Position numbers and translations under genes: made by a program
Source of the DNA: Escherichia coli
GTDB taxonomy: Bacteria; Pseudomonadota; Gammaproteobacteria; Enterobacterales; Enterobacteriaceae
DNA: 350 bases
Assembly (NCBI RefSeq): GCF_003334765.1
Contig: NZ_QOWT01000131.1
Direction: 5' to 3' (one strand)
In this document: piece by piece, positions 1 through 350 of the stretch
How the letters are laid out: each line of letters starts with the position of its first letter
Numbering within the stretch: the first letter of the stretch is position 1
Notes under the pieces: generated by a model
Seen by the model: only the letters and a program-made list of their open reading frames with translations
What the model was told of the DNA's origin: nothing
The model's database searches: none

Positions 1-348
1 CGGGAATGGCTGATTCTGAACATGGCGGGACTGGAGCGTGAAGAATTCCGGGTGCTGTATCTGAATAACCAGAATCAGCTGATTGCCGGTGAAACCCTCT
101 TCACCGGCACCATCAACCGCACGGAAGTCCATCCCCGGGAGGTGATTAAACGCGCCCTGCACCACAATGCCGCTGCCGTGGTGCTGGCACACAATCACCC
201 GTCCGGTGAAGTCACACCCAGCAAGGCAGACCGCCTTATCACGGAACGTCTGGTACAGGCACTGGGCCTGGTGGATATCCGGGTACCGGACCATCTGATA
301 GTCGGTGGCAGCCAGGTTTTCTCCTTTGCGGAACACGGTCTGCTTTAA
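1..348 (+). CDS. yeeS: RadC-like JAB/MPN+ (JAMM) domain protein, UPF0758 family (YeeS/YkfG/YfjY-like); 5'-partial, C-terminal ~115 codons plus stop
   Basis: Seen in sequence: frame +1 has no stop from nt 1 to the TAA at 346..348 (nt 1..21 read R-E-W-L-I-L-N before the first Met at 22). The translation contains the JAMM signature [14 protein letters not shown] and a C-terminal ...[24 protein letters not shown] typical of RadC-like proteins. CTG-rich codon usage fits Enterobacteriaceae. Established knowledge: the H-x-H-x7-S-x2-D motif defines the JAB/MPN+ metalloenzyme fold. The symbol yeeS is from recalled similarity to the E. coli cryptic-prophage paralogs; I cannot separate yeeS from ykfG or yfjY without an alignment, so read the symbol as family-level. 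Confidence 0.88.
   Translation, partial: REWLILNMAGLEREEFRVLYLNNQNQLIAGETLFTGTINRTEVHPREVIKRALHHNAAAVVLAHNHPSGEVTPSKADRLITERLVQALGLVDIRVPDHLIVGGSQVFSFAEHGLL
85..108. repeat. Perfect 9-bp inverted repeat (gccggtgaa / ttcaccggc) with a 6-nt spacer (accctc); potential stem-loop within the coding region
   Basis: Read directly: 85..93 gccggtgaa; 100..108 ttcaccggc is its exact reverse complement. It lies in frame over codons A-G-E-T-L-F-T-G. Its existence is certain; any function is unknown. Confidence 0.5.
190..231 (+). other. JAMM/MPN+ metal-binding motif H-x-H-x(7)-S-x(2)-D (predicted Zn2+ ligands His57, His59, Asp70, numbered from the Met at nt 22)
   Basis: Codons 190..192 CAC (H), 196..198 CAC (H), 220..222 AGC (S), 229..231 GAC (D), giving [14 protein letters not shown]. 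Spacing matches the canonical JAMM signature exactly. Candidate upstream glutamates (E35 or E40 in RTEVHPRE) could supply the catalytic Glu, but which one cannot be decided without a structural alignment. Confidence 0.85.
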
Positions 349-350
349 CC

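Noticed and set aside
86-210. Direct repeat of the 8-mer ccggtgaa (86..93 and 203..210), both complementary to ttcaccgg at 100..107
   Set aside because: Both copies are in the same codon phase (xCC-GGT-GAA, encoding A-G-E and S-G-E), so this is most simply reuse of the Gly-Glu codons GGT GAA. Too short to call a repeat element.
190-231. Assigning the JAB domain to a CBASS Cap3-like deconjugating peptidase or a phage tail-assembly JAB protein
   Set aside because: The surrounding sequence (REWLILN...[23 protein letters not shown]... and C-terminal [12 protein letters not shown]...FSFAEHGLL) matches the RadC-like UPF0758 architecture rather than those families, and no CBASS neighbours are visible.
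278-290. Imperfect palindrome tccgggtaccgga centred on a KpnI-type GGTACC (282..287), plus other 6-bp palindromes (GAATTC 43..48, CCCGGG 134..139, GATATC 274..279)
   Set aside because: Six-base palindromes are expected by chance at this density in 350 bp, and the longer one is imperfect. No spacing or repetition suggests operator sites.
22-348. The ORF-track call of a complete 108-aa protein starting at the ATG at 22
   Set aside because: The frame is open upstream to nt 1, no ribosome-binding site precedes the ATG, and the product would lack part of the JAB fold. I treat it as the internal part of a 5'-truncated CDS.
346-350. Possible transcription terminator or downstream gene start after the TAA stop
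   Set aside because: Only 2 nt follow the stop codon, so there is nothing to evaluate.
1-350. Antisense or overlapping ORFs, tRNA/ncRNA, CRISPR repeats, insertion-sequence ends
   Set aside because: The six-frame track shows no other ORF. There are no tandem repeats, no tRNA-like structure and no terminal inverted repeats; the window is fully explained by one CDS.

Overview
The window is almost entirely one plus-strand coding region: the C-terminal ~115 codons of a RadC-like JAB/MPN+ (JAMM) domain protein of the UPF0758 family (YeeS/YkfG/YfjY-like). The reading frame is open from base 1, so the gene is truncated at the 5' edge; it ends at a TAA stop at 346..348. The JAMM zinc-binding signature H-x-H-x7-S-x2-D is intact ([14 protein letters not shown], nt 190..231), which argues for a functional gene rather than a pseudogene. 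From memory, this family sits in cryptic prophages and integrative islands of Enterobacteriaceae, usually just upstream of a yeeT / cbeA-cbtA-type toxin-antitoxin module, but no flanking genes are visible here, so that context is inference. I see no RNA genes, CRISPR repeats, mobile-element termini, promoters or terminators. The only unexplained structure is a perfect 9-bp inverted repeat inside the coding region (85..108). Nothing in the window demonstrates a novel system; the interest lies in the uncharacterised function of this mobile-element-associated JAB protein.
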